Source: Bdellovibrionota bacterium (GTDB lineage Bacteria; Bdellovibrionota_C; UBA2361; OMII01). Taken from it: a stretch of DNA of 64,000 bases. The position numbers and the translations under genes are program-made. Below the pieces are notes generated by a model. It ran no database searches, was not told the DNA's origin, and saw nothing but the letters and a program-made list of their open reading frames with translations. The stretch is from positions 22,318 through 86,317 of the forward strand of contig JBBAUR010000006.1 in assembly GCA_040398075.1 (NCBI GenBank), in the 5' to 3' direction. Below, one piece after another: positions 39,772 through 49,609 of the stretch (position 1 is its first letter; each line of letters starts with the position of its first letter).

Positions 39772-41034
39772 TCAAACGAAAGCGGTTGATTCATGGATGC
39801 ATGCTGCGGCTCCTGCAACCCCGCCTCCCCACCTAGGTATCTTGTCTCTATGACCGAGAATGGCGGGAGACAACAACTTTTTATTCACCAAGTCATCAAT
39901 GGAGGCAGATCTGGGAAGACCCCATCGAAGCACTAAGGTATCGGTTAGCTGTAGCAGATCTTCTCCTATCCTATCATGTGGTACACATTCCCCTGATGTA
40001 TAGAGCGTAGGGTAATGAATCCGCGAGTCAGGGGCTGAATCCTCCAAAGCTCGCAGCATTCCATCACAGACAGACACATGATCATGATATCGCTGGGCAT
40101 ACACCCTCCCCTGCTCTGCAAGAGAGATACGCAACTCTCGATTCTCTATCAACTCGCGGAGACGCTCCTTGAGATTCCATGGATTAACGGACCATATCGG
40201 GCGTTCGGGAGGATAAGGCTCTCGTACGAAGTCAGCTCCGTTGACTACGGCACATCCACATCCCATGGCCTCTATTGCGGTTTTCCCGTAGAGCGGTGCA
40301 AGTAGTTCATCCAGGTATATATCTGCTGTTCGCATCTCCGAAAGAACCTGACTGTTCGGGATATCCTCGAGGGTCCTCAACTCGAAAACAACACCCTCGC
40401 GGTGTAGCGCTTCGCAGGCCTCAAGAAAAAAGCTCGTTCCCTTCATACCACGACGAGCAGGGATGTGAAGGACCTTTGGGATGGGGTTGTTGGGAATATG
40501 GAACTGAGTTTTCGAGAGATCCACCGGTATGAAGAGATGGTGATACGGGCGCACGCCGAGCAGCGATTGATTCGGCTGCGAGAAGATAACCGAACTAAAG
40601 GCTTCCGCCATACGGAGGGGTACCAACGAAGATGAGATATCCTCTTTGTTGAAAGGAAGAGAGAGGATGTAGTCCCGAAGGGGTCCCAGCCATTCAGCAA
40701 ACGTGGGATAGTGCCTGACGTCGGAGCCCATGAAGGCAGAGATGATTTTTTTGCCTTTCGACTGCAAGAAGGGAAGATCGCCGAGATTCGGGAGGAAGCT
40801 GTCCCGAGCCCACTGGTATAGGAAGACATCATGGCTTCCCAATAAATAGCCGGCATCGAAAATACGCTGCCCGTCGAAGGGCCGATCAGTGAAGTCGTAG
40901 TCGTAGCTTGCATCCCACCAATTCTTGTTTCGGAATACGACTGCCGTAGTTACCTCGTGACCTAGCTTTCGGAAACCGTCTGCAAAAAGCGAGATCTGGC
41001 CACAGATCTCAGTTGGGCCAACCAAAATCCTCAT
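39772..41034 (-). CDS. Glycosyltransferase, GT-B fold (GT1/GT4-like)
   Basis: MRILVGP... N-terminus and the C-terminal GT-B region (...GKTAIEAMGCGCAVVNG...). Start set at MRILVG, giving an ATGA overlap with the upstream amidotransferase; the track ORF extends to 41142. Confidence 0.75.
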   Translation of the reverse strand: MRILVGPTEICGQISLFADGFRKLGHEVTTAVVFRNKNWWDASYDYDFTDRPFDGQRIFDAGYLLGSHDVFLYQWARDSFLPNLGDLPFLQSKGKKIISAFMGSDVRHYPTFAEWLGPLRDYILSLPFNKEDISSSLVPLRMAEAFSSVIFSQPNQSLLGVRPYHHLFIPVDLSKTQFHIPNNPIPKVLHIPARRGMKGTSFFLEACEALHREGVVFELRTLEDIPNSQVLSEMRTADIYLDELLAPLYGKTAIEAMGCGCAVVNGADFVREPYPPERPIWSVNPWNLKERLRELIENRELRISLAEQGRVYAQRYHDHVSVCDGMLRALEDSAPDSRIHYPTLYTSGECVPHDRIGEDLLQLTDTLVLRWGLPRSASIDDLVNKKLLSPAILGHRDKIPRWGGGVAGAAACIHESTAFV

Positions 41035-42293
41035 ATCGTCTCTCTCGTGCCTTTGTCGCAGGCCCATACCGGCCGCGGCTGAGGATATGTGTATTTCATG
41101 TAAAAGCTCTTGGTGACCAGGCTGTTTTTGTACATCAGCCAAAAGAAAGGCCTGAGTAACTCGAATGTCTTTTTATAGGTTCGATAGTCTTGATAACACT
41201 TCCTGGGTAGTGTCATGAGTCTCGTAAACTCTTCGTCGGTTAACTCCAAGCGCTTTTTCACGAGCGCTATGATTTCGGGATCGTAAACCCGCGGTTGCAT
41301 TATCTCATCGATCGCCGCTTGGCGCGTGGTCTGATGCGAGCGGATATGCGCACTCTGCTCGATGATCCTATCATCGAATCCAAAGCGCTGTGGCCAAAAG
41401 TAAGTGTGGAAAAACCCGGTAAATCGGTTGTCGAGGTGGTGACCTCCGTACCACTCCCAACCGAATTTACGTTTCAGGAGCTCCATCGTTTCAGCTTTTA
41501 GGTAATCCAGATAATAAAGCGGTCGAATCGTTTTAGTGCGGCTTAAAAGCAGCCGACGCAAAAAGTTTGCAAGCGACATGTTCGGGAAAGACGGATGCGG
41601 CATCGTACCGAATTCCCTCAGAACGCTCTTGATGTATCCTCCATCCATGTAAATCCAGCCGAGCGGCGCAATACCTTCGGTCCGAAAGGAGTGCCCTTCG
41701 ATGACGTGAGAGACCTTGAACTTGCGGGCCGCGTTGAACAATGTACTGGCAAATCCGATGTCGGTCGGAATCTCGATGTCCGGCACTCCAGCTTTTAGAA
41801 AGGCTCGGTAAATGTCGTCATACTCACGGCTATCGACTACGAGAGTATATAGATCTACATCGAGTGCTTTGAGCATCTTCTGGATGTTCTGAGTGGCTGC
41901 AGTCGAGTTCCAGGTGTTGTCGAAATGAACTGCAAGTGGCCTGAGCCCGTACTGTCTAACTACGTATAGTAAGTAGGAGGAATCACAGCCACCACTCACC
42001 CCAACGATGCAGTCATACGGCTTCCCTTTTCCTGCAGCGCGAATCCCCGCGAAGATCTTTTCGAGCCGAGCAGCTCCCTGTTGACCGGTCGGATACTCTA
42101 AGTCCATTTGGCCGTGGGTTAGGCAGAAGTTGCAAACTCCTGAGTCATCAAAAGAGATCCCAGGAATCGCCTCATCCGATACGCAGCGCGAGCATCGGCG
42201 TAAAGCCATCATGCGGTTTTGATAGTCACGGATCTGCCCCGGTGTGAAGAGCAGCTCTACCTTTTGAGATGGGACTGTTACGGAGGCGCTCAT
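41031..42293 (-). CDS. N-acetyl sugar amidotransferase (WbpG/WbuX/PseA family, PP-loop ATPase)
   Basis: PP-loop VGVSGGCDSS plus an N-terminal Cys cluster (CSRCVSD...CNFC). Family TIGR03573-like. The partner HisH and HisF paralogues are at 46299 and 49610. Confidence 0.85.
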   Translation of the reverse strand: MSASVTVPSQKVELLFTPGQIRDYQNRMMALRRCSRCVSDEAIPGISFDDSGVCNFCLTHGQMDLEYPTGQQGAARLEKIFAGIRAAGKGKPYDCIVGVSGGCDSSYLLYVVRQYGLRPLAVHFDNTWNSTAATQNIQKMLKALDVDLYTLVVDSREYDDIYRAFLKAGVPDIEIPTDIGFASTLFNAARKFKVSHVIEGHSFRTEGIAPLGWIYMDGGYIKSVLREFGTMPHPSFPNMSLANFLRRLLLSRTKTIRPLYYLDYLKAETMELLKRKFGWEWYGGHHLDNRFTGFFHTYFWPQRFGFDDRIIEQSAHIRSHQTTRQAAIDEIMQPRVYDPEIIALVKKRLELTDEEFTRLMTLPRKCYQDYRTYKKTFELLRPFFWLMYKNSLVTKSFYMKYTYPQPRPVWACDKGTRETI

Positions 42294-42439
42294 AGCATTA
42301 GCAACGACGTTTGAAACAATTCGCTTTGATACTCCAGTTAATAGATGACATTTTCTTGGCCTGTGACTCTGGTATTTGAGGCTGCGTGTGCCACTGAGAG
42401 CTAACTCGTAATCCCGGGAGTGGCCATACCACCAGCAAT

Positions 42440-42447
42440 GGGGGGGG
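42440..42447. promoter_or_regulatory. G8 homopolymeric tract in the divergent promoter region between two glycan operons
   Basis: caatgggggggggatatat: eight consecutive G between the minus-strand operon (start 42293) and the plus-strand wbpD-like operon (start 42559). Confidence 0.5.
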
Positions 42448-42558
42448 ATATATTTGAGCAGAAAACCTCATGCTTTTAGGTATTTATGCGGTGCACTTCA
42501 CCCCTTCTATCAGCAGCATCAGGTGCATCCTCTACTCTCTTGTCCGCATCCTAACTGA

Positions 42559-43164
42559 TTGAATCAAATGGACAGAGCACCCAACCATCCAGGAGTACGC
42601 ATTCATTCGACAGCGCATGTGTCGCCCGATGCCACGATCGGGTCTGGAACAAGCATCTGGAATTTTGCGCAGGTACGAGAAGGGGCTGAGATCGGCACAG
42701 ACTGCATCTTGAGCAAGGGCGTATATATCGATTCAGGGGTAAGGATCGGCAACAATGTGAAGATCCAGAATAACGTGTCCGTTTATCACGGCGTACAGAT
42801 TGAGGACGGTGTGTTCTGCGGGCCTCACTGTGTTTTTACCAACGACCGAATTCCGAGAGCTATCAATCCTGACGGATCACTCAAGTCAGCGCACGATTGG
42901 GTCGTGTCAAAAACTCTCGTCAAACGTGGTGCTTCGATTGGAGCTCACGCTGTACTCGTCTGCGGCGTTACGGTCGGCGAATGGTCGATGATCGGCAGCG
43001 GAAGCGTCGTGACCAAGGACGTGCCTGCGCATGCACTGGTTTTTGGTAATCCGGCCAAGATTCACGGGTATGTGTGTGCCTGCGGTGCTCGTGTGAAGGA
43101 TCCCGAGGTGTCACTGCAGTGCACGGTGTGTAGGACATCTCCGGACAAAGGGTTCGAAGCATGA
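42559..43164 (+). CDS. Hexapeptide-repeat sugar N-acetyltransferase (WbpD-like)
   Basis: Left-handed beta-helix repeats (IGSGTSIWNFAQV..GAEIGTDCILSKGVYID..VRIGNNVKIQNNVSV). Gene order with a WbpB-like oxidoreductase and a WbpE-like aminotransferase. Confidence 0.8.
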   Translation: MNQMDRAPNHPGVRIHSTAHVSPDATIGSGTSIWNFAQVREGAEIGTDCILSKGVYIDSGVRIGNNVKIQNNVSVYHGVQIEDGVFCGPHCVFTNDRIPRAINPDGSLKSAHDWVVSKTLVKRGASIGAHAVLVCGVTVGEWSMIGSGSVVTKDVPAHALVFGNPAKIHGYVCACGARVKDPEVSLQCTVCRTSPDKGFEA

Positions 43165-44177
43165 GGACTTTAAAAATGGCAGTAGTCGGTGTTGGTGCGA
43201 TGGGTCAGAACCATGCCCGAGTACTCAACGACATGCCTAATGTCGAACTAGCTGCCATCGTTGACGCGTCTTCTGAGCGAGCTACTTCAGTGGGCGAACG
43301 CTTCAAGGTGCCTTACTACACGTCGGTAGCAGAGCTCACATCAAATCATCGGCTCGACGCTGTTATTGTTTCATGCCCTACTATCTATCATCGCGATACC
43401 GCTGTGGACCTCATGTCTCAAGGCATCCATGTATTGGTCGAGAAACCGATATCTTTCACACTCAACGAAGCAAGGGATATGATTGAGTGCGCCGAGGCTT
43501 CCGGTGTTTTACTAGGCGTAGGGCACATAGAGCGATACAATCCCGCGATCGTGGAACTCAAGAAGCGAATAGATCGCGGGGATCTCGGCAAGATCTTCAT
43601 GATTCATTCTCGACGACAAAGCCCCTTGCCTCGTCGAATAGTCGATGTCGGAGTGGGTATGGACCTCGCCACACACGAACTCGACATGATGCGATTTTTG
43701 ACAAATTCCGACGTGAGCTACATAAGCGCTGAGGTGTCTCAAGTGACGAAGGCAAAAGCACGTGAAGATATTATCTTTGCTCTCCTACGATTCAAGTCGG
43801 AGGTTCTCGGCATCCTCGATGTCAATTGGGTAACTCCTACGCAGGTTCGCGAGATCTCCGTGACCGGAGAGAAGGGCATGTTTTCAGTGAATTACCATTC
43901 GCAGGAGATCTGTTTCTTCGAGAATCAAGCGACTCCCAACTTCGAACAGATGGCGAACTGGGATACTGAGCGGGAATTTTGCGTAGTAGCCGGAAACATG
44001 ACCCGATTTCAGATAACAAAACGGGAGCCCTTGCGGCTCGAGCTTGAAGCATTTACGACTGCAGTACTGTCGGAGGATAAGGTTGCGCCGTGTACAGGTC
44101 ATGACGGATACCACGCCCTCAAATTAGCATTGGAAATTGTAACCTCTGGCCACGCTTCTCGAATTGTCACGCCTTAA
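43161..44177 (+). CDS. Gfo/Idh/MocA-family oxidoreductase (WbpB-like UDP-sugar 3-dehydrogenase)
   Basis: MKMAVVGVGAMGQNHARVL Rossmann N-terminus; VEKPISFTLNEAR. ATGA overlap with the upstream gene. Confidence 0.85.
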   Translation: MRTLKMAVVGVGAMGQNHARVLNDMPNVELAAIVDASSERATSVGERFKVPYYTSVAELTSNHRLDAVIVSCPTIYHRDTAVDLMSQGIHVLVEKPISFTLNEARDMIECAEASGVLLGVGHIERYNPAIVELKKRIDRGDLGKIFMIHSRRQSPLPRRIVDVGVGMDLATHELDMMRFLTNSDVSYISAEVSQVTKAKAREDIIFALLRFKSEVLGILDVNWVTPTQVREISVTGEKGMFSVNYHSQEICFFENQATPNFEQMANWDTEREFCVVAGNMTRFQITKREPLRLELEAFTTAVLSEDKVAPCTGHDGYHALKLALEIVTSGHASRIVTP

Positions 44178-44187
44178 GGGAGGAATC

Positions 44188-45156
44188 ATGGATGTATCGG
44201 ACAAAACGCTGATGTTAGTAGGCGGAGCAGGGTTGGTAGGCTCACATATCCTGGATCAACTACTTTCTGAGGACGTGAAGAAATTGGTCGTTTTCGACAA
44301 CTTCGTGCGCGGAACGCGGTCCAACATCGAAGAAGCGATCAAAGATCCACGAGTGGAAATTATCGAGGGAGACATCCGCAACGCTGCTCAGATAGACCGA
44401 GCTTGTAAGGGCGTGGATGGAGTTTTTCTTCTGTCTGCCCTCTGGTTGCTCCAATGTGCCGAAGATCCCCGATCAGGCCTTGATGTCAATGTGAACGGTA
44501 ACTTCAACGTACTGGAGGCCTGTCGTTTGGCTGGAGTTCAGCGCCTCGTGTACTCGTCTTCTGCATCGGTATACGGGAATGCGCTATCGAGTTCCATGTC
44601 GGAAGATCATCCACTAAACAACCGCACGTTTTATGGTGCTACCAAGGTTGCTTTGGAGCAGATGCTACGCTCGTACTACGAAATGTATAAACTACCCTAC
44701 GTAGCACTACGGTACTTCAACATCTACGGACCGCGACAGGATTACAAGAATGCATACGTGAGTGTCATCATGAAGGTTCTCGACCGTATAGATTCGAACC
44801 TTTCCCCCGTCGTGATGGGCGATGGTAGTCAGGCGTACGATTTTATCTATGTCAAGGACATCGCGAGAGCGAACATCATCGCAATGAAGAGTGCTGTTGC
44901 TGACCAGAGCTTCAACGTGTGTGTCGGAAAAAAGACGAGTATTCGAACTTTAGTTGAGATGCTTCTCGAACTTACTGGTGCCAAGCTGGACATCGAATAT
45001 CAACCAGCTTCCCAGGTTTTCGTTACTGACCGAGTTGGAGATCCTTCTCACGCTCGAGAAGTTCTTGGGTTCGAGGCTTCGGTCCCATTGGTCAAAGGAT
45101 TAGAGGAGTTGATTGCGTGGCGGCGAAGCCGCATAGAGGCCGAGAGAAAGGTATGA
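44188..45156 (+). CDS. NAD-dependent epimerase/dehydratase (UDP-sugar epimerase-like SDR)
   Basis: MLVGGAGLVGSHILDQLL Rossmann; catalytic YGATK. RBS aagggagg. The track ORF starts at 44164. Confidence 0.8.
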   Translation: MDVSDKTLMLVGGAGLVGSHILDQLLSEDVKKLVVFDNFVRGTRSNIEEAIKDPRVEIIEGDIRNAAQIDRACKGVDGVFLLSALWLLQCAEDPRSGLDVNVNGNFNVLEACRLAGVQRLVYSSSASVYGNALSSSMSEDHPLNNRTFYGATKVALEQMLRSYYEMYKLPYVALRYFNIYGPRQDYKNAYVSVIMKVLDRIDSNLSPVVMGDGSQAYDFIYVKDIARANIIAMKSAVADQSFNVCVGKKTSIRTLVEMLLELTGAKLDIEYQPASQVFVTDRVGDPSHAREVLGFEASVPLVKGLEELIAWRRSRIEAERKV

Positions 45157-46289
45157 ACATTCCAGTTACCAAGGCCATCTTCGGAGAGGAAGAAGTAGAA
45201 GCAATACGACAGACCCTCGAGAGTGGATGGGTAGTCCAGGGACCGCGTGTGGCTCAGTTCGAGAAGATGTGGAGCGAGTTTTCGGGAGCGGCCTTCTCGA
45301 GAGCGACGACATCTTGTACAACCGCGCTTCATCTTGCACTCCTAGCGCTCGGGATTGGTCCAGGTGACGAGGTCATAGTTCCTGCATTTACCTGGGTCGC
45401 AACAGCAAATGCAGTTGAATACTGCGGAGCGAAGGCTGTCTTGTGTGATATCGACATCGCGACGTTCAACATTGATCCCGCTAAGATCGAGGAGAAAATT
45501 ACCCCTCAAACGAAGGCGATTATGCCGGTTCACGAGTTCGGCTTGAGTGCCGATATGAACGCCATCATGGCCCTCGCGCATAAGCACAAGCTCAAGGTGG
45601 TGGAGGACGGCGCATGCGCGTGCGGCGCTCTATACGACGGAAAGCATGTCGGTACATTCGGTGACCTGGGTTGTTTCAGTTTTCACCCCCGCAAAGCGAT
45701 CACTACCGGCGAAGGCGGTATGATTACAACCAACAACGAGAGCTATGTCGCAATCATCGACGAACTTCGTTCGCATGGAGCACAAAGTACCGACCTTGCG
45801 CGCCATCAGAGTAGCCACGGTTTCATACTACCCGAGTTCAACCGCCTTGGTTACAACTATCGCATGACTGACATACAAGGAGCGATCGGGATTGAACAGA
45901 TGAAGAGGGTGCGTGGTATTCTCGCGGATCGCCGCCGTCTAGCTAGCCGATACAAGGAGATGTTGGCAGGTCAACGGGGTATAGATCTTCCATTGGAGCC
46001 GAATGGATGCACCCATGTTTATCAGTCCTTCACACTCCTGGTTAAAGAGAGTAACGAGGAGCGCAATCGGATCGCTCTCGACTTGCAGTCCCAGGGAATA
46101 GCAACACGCCAGGGAACTCATGCAGTGCATGCATTAGGCTACTACAAGAGGAAATACAACCTCGTTGAGTCCGATTGTCCACAAGCCTGGAAGGCGGATC
46201 AACAGAGCATGACTCTGCCACTGTACGCGACGATGACGGAAGAAGAGCAAGACTATGTAGTTGAAGCTCTCGTGAAGGCTCTTGGGTAG
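45153..46289 (+). CDS. DegT-family aminotransferase (WbpE-like)
   Basis: MNIPVTKAIFGEEEVEAIRQTLESGWVVQGPRVAQFEKMW...SCTTALHLALLALGIGPGDEVIVPAFTW. ATGA overlap with the upstream gene. Confidence 0.9.
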   Translation: MNIPVTKAIFGEEEVEAIRQTLESGWVVQGPRVAQFEKMWSEFSGAAFSRATTSCTTALHLALLALGIGPGDEVIVPAFTWVATANAVEYCGAKAVLCDIDIATFNIDPAKIEEKITPQTKAIMPVHEFGLSADMNAIMALAHKHKLKVVEDGACACGALYDGKHVGTFGDLGCFSFHPRKAITTGEGGMITTNNESYVAIIDELRSHGAQSTDLARHQSSHGFILPEFNRLGYNYRMTDIQGAIGIEQMKRVRGILADRRRLASRYKEMLAGQRGIDLPLEPNGCTHVYQSFTLLVKESNEERNRIALDLQSQGIATRQGTHAVHALGYYKRKYNLVESDCPQAWKADQQSMTLPLYATMTEEEQDYVVEALVKALG

Positions 46290-46298
46290 CAGTCGCCA

Positions 46299-46910
46299 AT
46301 GATCATCATCATCGACTACGGGATGGGAAATCTCGGCTCAATCATCAACATCTTTAAAAAAATCGGGGTAACAGCAGTTGCTTCCTCGTCGCCCGACGAA
46401 ATAGCCAGAGCCTCCAAATTGATCCTGCCGGGAGTTGGCGCTTTCGATACAGGGATGAAGAATCTTGGGGAGAGCGGGCTCCTGGACCTTCTACACGAGA
46501 AGGTCATCGAGCAAAAAACTCCCGTATTGGGAGTTTGCTTGGGTATGCAGCTCTTGGGACAGTCGAGTGAAGAGGGCAGCTTGTCAGGCTTAGGGTGGAT
46601 CGCCGCCAAAACCGTTAAATTTCGGCTCGACCCTTCCTCACAATTTAAGATTCCACATATGGGTTGGGCGTACGTGACATCAACTCGGCCCAATCGCTTA
46701 TTTTCAGATATGCCCTACAAAGCGCGTTTCTACTTCGTCCACTCCTACCACTTTGTGTGTGATGATCTATCCGACGTAATAGCTACTGCCGACCACGGAA
46801 TCACTTTCTGCGCAGCGATCAATCGAGGTAACATATGGGGCGCTCAATTTCATCCGGAAAAGAGCCATAAATTCGGAATGCTCTTGTGTAAGAACTTTGC
46901 CGAATTGTAG
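46299..46910 (+). CDS. hisH: Imidazole glycerol phosphate synthase glutamine amidotransferase subunit paralogue (HisH-like, WbuY-type)
   Basis: MIIIIDYGMGNLGSI...LPGVGAF...GVCLGMQLL... contains the class-I GATase Cys-His-Glu triad. Confidence 0.9.
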   Translation: MIIIIDYGMGNLGSIINIFKKIGVTAVASSSPDEIARASKLILPGVGAFDTGMKNLGESGLLDLLHEKVIEQKTPVLGVCLGMQLLGQSSEEGSLSGLGWIAAKTVKFRLDPSSQFKIPHMGWAYVTSTRPNRLFSDMPYKARFYFVHSYHFVCDDLSDVIATADHGITFCAAINRGNIWGAQFHPEKSHKFGMLLCKNFAEL

Positions 46911-46919
46911 GAGACCACA

Positions 46920-47579
46920 ATGACCAACAAGCTCGTAATCCTGGGCTGTGGAGGCAACTGCTTCGATATCGTCGATACCGTAGAGGATATCAACAGAGCT
47001 TCCGGAACTAGCACATACGAGGTGCTTGGTTTTCTCGACGATGACCCTCGAAAAGCAGAAGTTACGTACCGTGGCATCAAAGTTATCGGTGGCTTGAAAA
47101 GATCTCAGGAGCTCTCCGAGTGCGTTTTCGTCAATGGTATCGGTAGCCCCAATAACTTTCGCTCAAAGGCATCTATAATTGAATCACTCGGCATACCAGA
47201 GGATCGTTTCATCTCCCTCCTTCATCCTTCGGTGTCTGTCTCCCCTAGCGCATCGCTGTCCTGCGGAGTGGTGGCTTTCCAAAACTGTGTGATTACATCG
47301 AATGTGCGAATCGGTAAGCACGTTATTATGCTCCCTAACTCTGTTATAAGCCATGACTGCATCGTGGGGGACTACTGCTGTATTACAGGCGGCGTCAATA
47401 TTTCTGGTGGCGTGGTGATTGGCGCATCATGTTACCTGGGCTCGAACTGCGCAATCATCCAAAACGTCACTATCGGCCACAATACTATGGTTGGCATCGG
47501 TAGTACCGTGATAGGCAACGTTCCGGCGGATTCTGTTGTAGTTGGCAATCCTGCTCGAGATATACGGACAAGCCGCTGA
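46920..47579 (+). CDS. PglD/NeuD-family sugar acetyltransferase (hexapeptide)
   Basis: N-terminal Rossmann-like LVILGCGGNCFDIVD followed by a C-terminal LbH (IGKHVIMLPNSVISHDCIVGDYCCITGGVNISGGVVIG). Confidence 0.85.
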   Translation: MTNKLVILGCGGNCFDIVDTVEDINRASGTSTYEVLGFLDDDPRKAEVTYRGIKVIGGLKRSQELSECVFVNGIGSPNNFRSKASIIESLGIPEDRFISLLHPSVSVSPSASLSCGVVAFQNCVITSNVRIGKHVIMLPNSVISHDCIVGDYCCITGGVNISGGVVIGASCYLGSNCAIIQNVTIGHNTMVGIGSTVIGNVPADSVVVGNPARDIRTSR

Positions 47580-47599
47580 GAAAGAAGCCTCTCGGACTC

Positions 47600-49429
47600 C
47601 TATTCGGAAGCGGTAAAGGTTCGTAGGAAGTAATCGAGCGCCATTATGGATGCAAGAGGTGCGGTAGCATCAGCAGCACCAGCCTTGTGTTGTGCCCAAA
47701 GTGAGTGAACGTAGGGCACATTTATCCACTGTCTACTCACGAATCGTGGGTCATTGAGAATAGTATCGATCCGCGGAGCCAACAAGTTTCGGAAGATGGA
47801 CTTTCCATCGTAGTAATCATCTACCGGCACACCTTGAGTAATGAGATTCTCTTGGTATCTCAGAAAGCTCGCATATCCGCTGATCTTCGGGATCATGAAG
47901 ACCTCCGGAAACTGAGTCGCTAGAAGCTCTGAGTCCCAGGTGCGAGAAAATTTTAGCTCACTCGGAAGACTGGACATTAATTCTAGGAGTGAACGATCGT
48001 GGTAAAATGGATTGAGTCCCTCGTAGTGGTCCTGCAGCGGCGCATTGAACAGGCCCCACCTCCGACCGGTCTGGGTCATGGCCAGATACTCGAATTTGTC
48101 AGCCGCCGAGATATCCATTCTTGCGAAAAACTGTCTATCGAACGAGGAAGCTGCATTCAAGAGCGCTTGTTGTGCAAAGTCCTGAGCGAGCATGGGTAGC
48201 GTCGAATTTTTTATCTGGCTCAGGATATGAAATACCACCATTCGGTGGAGCCCATCTCCCCTATTTTGTAGGAACCAGTCTGCTGAGATCCCCTCGTTCA
48301 GCACACCCATCTGGAATTTAAAATACGTCGTGGCATAATCCCCGAAAATGTGGTTGCCATTGTTGCCGTTGATTACGAAGTCATACTCACTGCGCAGCTG
48401 TTCAACGGGTAAGGCTTGAGGGAAATAGGAGCAGGGCCACGTTCCATCGTGGATTTCAAGATGTTCAGCTAGCAACTTCTCTGCTTCGGTAATCTGATAA
48501 TTGACAGGCTTCCACGGGATTCCGAGCGCGTGTGCAATTCGGGTAGATGCCCGAGAGTCTGTAGCAGGTTGTCCGTTGAACTGCATCCCGAGCGCATCGA
48601 ATGAAGAGCCGAAAACTCGCTGCATGTAACAGGCTATGATGCGAGAGTCGAAACCACCGCTCAAAAACAGCCCCTTTTTCCCCTTTACACTGTCGAGCTT
48701 AGTTACGCATGCCTCCAGACACCTATCCAGTTCAAGCGCAAAAGCGGCAGAGGATACCTCGCGGCCTATGCGCTTCTGATACGGAATTCTCCAGTACTGC
48801 TTGGTGCTACGACCCGAACGATCCCACCTGACGAATGTGCCAGCTTCGAGGCTTTTTACGTCTTCCAGGAACGTTTTGTCTCCCCAGGGTTGTCCGAGGA
48901 CTAGGTAATCAGCGATCGCCTTCCAATCGACACCGATCTTTACCCAGGGGCACGCTTTGAAGGCCTTGAGTTCAGGCGCAATCAGAATGTGGCCTTCATT
49001 GTCGCTGTAGTAAAATGTGTGTAGATGCCCATAGCAGTCGCCTACAAGGTAGTGAGTCTTAGTGGCAGAATCCGACAGGAAAAAGACGAAGCTACCGTCA
49101 GCCTTCGAAAAGAAACTTTCGCCCATCCTTTCAAAACCGTTGAGGACGATGAAGCTGTCGCTGGAATCCGCGGGCAGGCGCAGGATTTTTGCAAGGTTAG
49201 CACGATTCGAGAGGTATCCTTGAAACACACATGTGACCCCGGATTGTAGAGTGGCCAGGGGAGCGCGCTGGACTTGAGACCGAACCCCTACTAGGCCGAT
49301 ACTACCCGCGCTCGTCGTGGTGTGGACATGTGAGAGGACATCGGTACGGCAGAGAGTCGACGCGATCTTGTGTGCATCGGAAGCCGCACTTTCTACACCT
49401 ATAATCGCAACTATTCCGGACATTTGCAC
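47600..49429 (-). CDS. Asparagine synthetase (glutamine-hydrolysing) family amidotransferase (WbpS-like)
   Basis: AsnB fold with PP-loop LFLSGGFDSRIIA. The N-terminus is MQMSGIV rather than the canonical MCGI, so it apparently lacks the Cys nucleophile. Confidence 0.8.
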   Translation of the reverse strand: MQMSGIVAIIGVESAASDAHKIASTLCRTDVLSHVHTTTSAGSIGLVGVRSQVQRAPLATLQSGVTCVFQGYLSNRANLAKILRLPADSSDSFIVLNGFERMGESFFSKADGSFVFFLSDSATKTHYLVGDCYGHLHTFYYSDNEGHILIAPELKAFKACPWVKIGVDWKAIADYLVLGQPWGDKTFLEDVKSLEAGTFVRWDRSGRSTKQYWRIPYQKRIGREVSSAAFALELDRCLEACVTKLDSVKGKKGLFLSGGFDSRIIACYMQRVFGSSFDALGMQFNGQPATDSRASTRIAHALGIPWKPVNYQITEAEKLLAEHLEIHDGTWPCSYFPQALPVEQLRSEYDFVINGNNGNHIFGDYATTYFKFQMGVLNEGISADWFLQNRGDGLHRMVVFHILSQIKNSTLPMLAQDFAQQALLNAASSFDRQFFARMDISAADKFEYLAMTQTGRRWGLFNAPLQDHYEGLNPFYHDRSLLELMSSLPSELKFSRTWDSELLATQFPEVFMIPKISGYASFLRYQENLITQGVPVDDYYDGKSIFRNLLAPRIDTILNDPRFVSRQWINVPYVHSLWAQHKAGAADATAPLASIMALDYFLRTFTASE

Positions 49430-49609
49430 CTCCGCGGCAGGGCTCCCGTAATAGACTGTGGCCCCTCATTTTGATGCAGTAGATCCTCTGCACGATTTCG
49501 AAATCTGTACTTTGAGCTGCCACACACGACTCCCGCCGCATCCTAAGTTCTTGGGGGAGCAATCCCTGTGACGCGTCAATGGTGACGACTACGAATATTT
49601 ATTTCTCAT

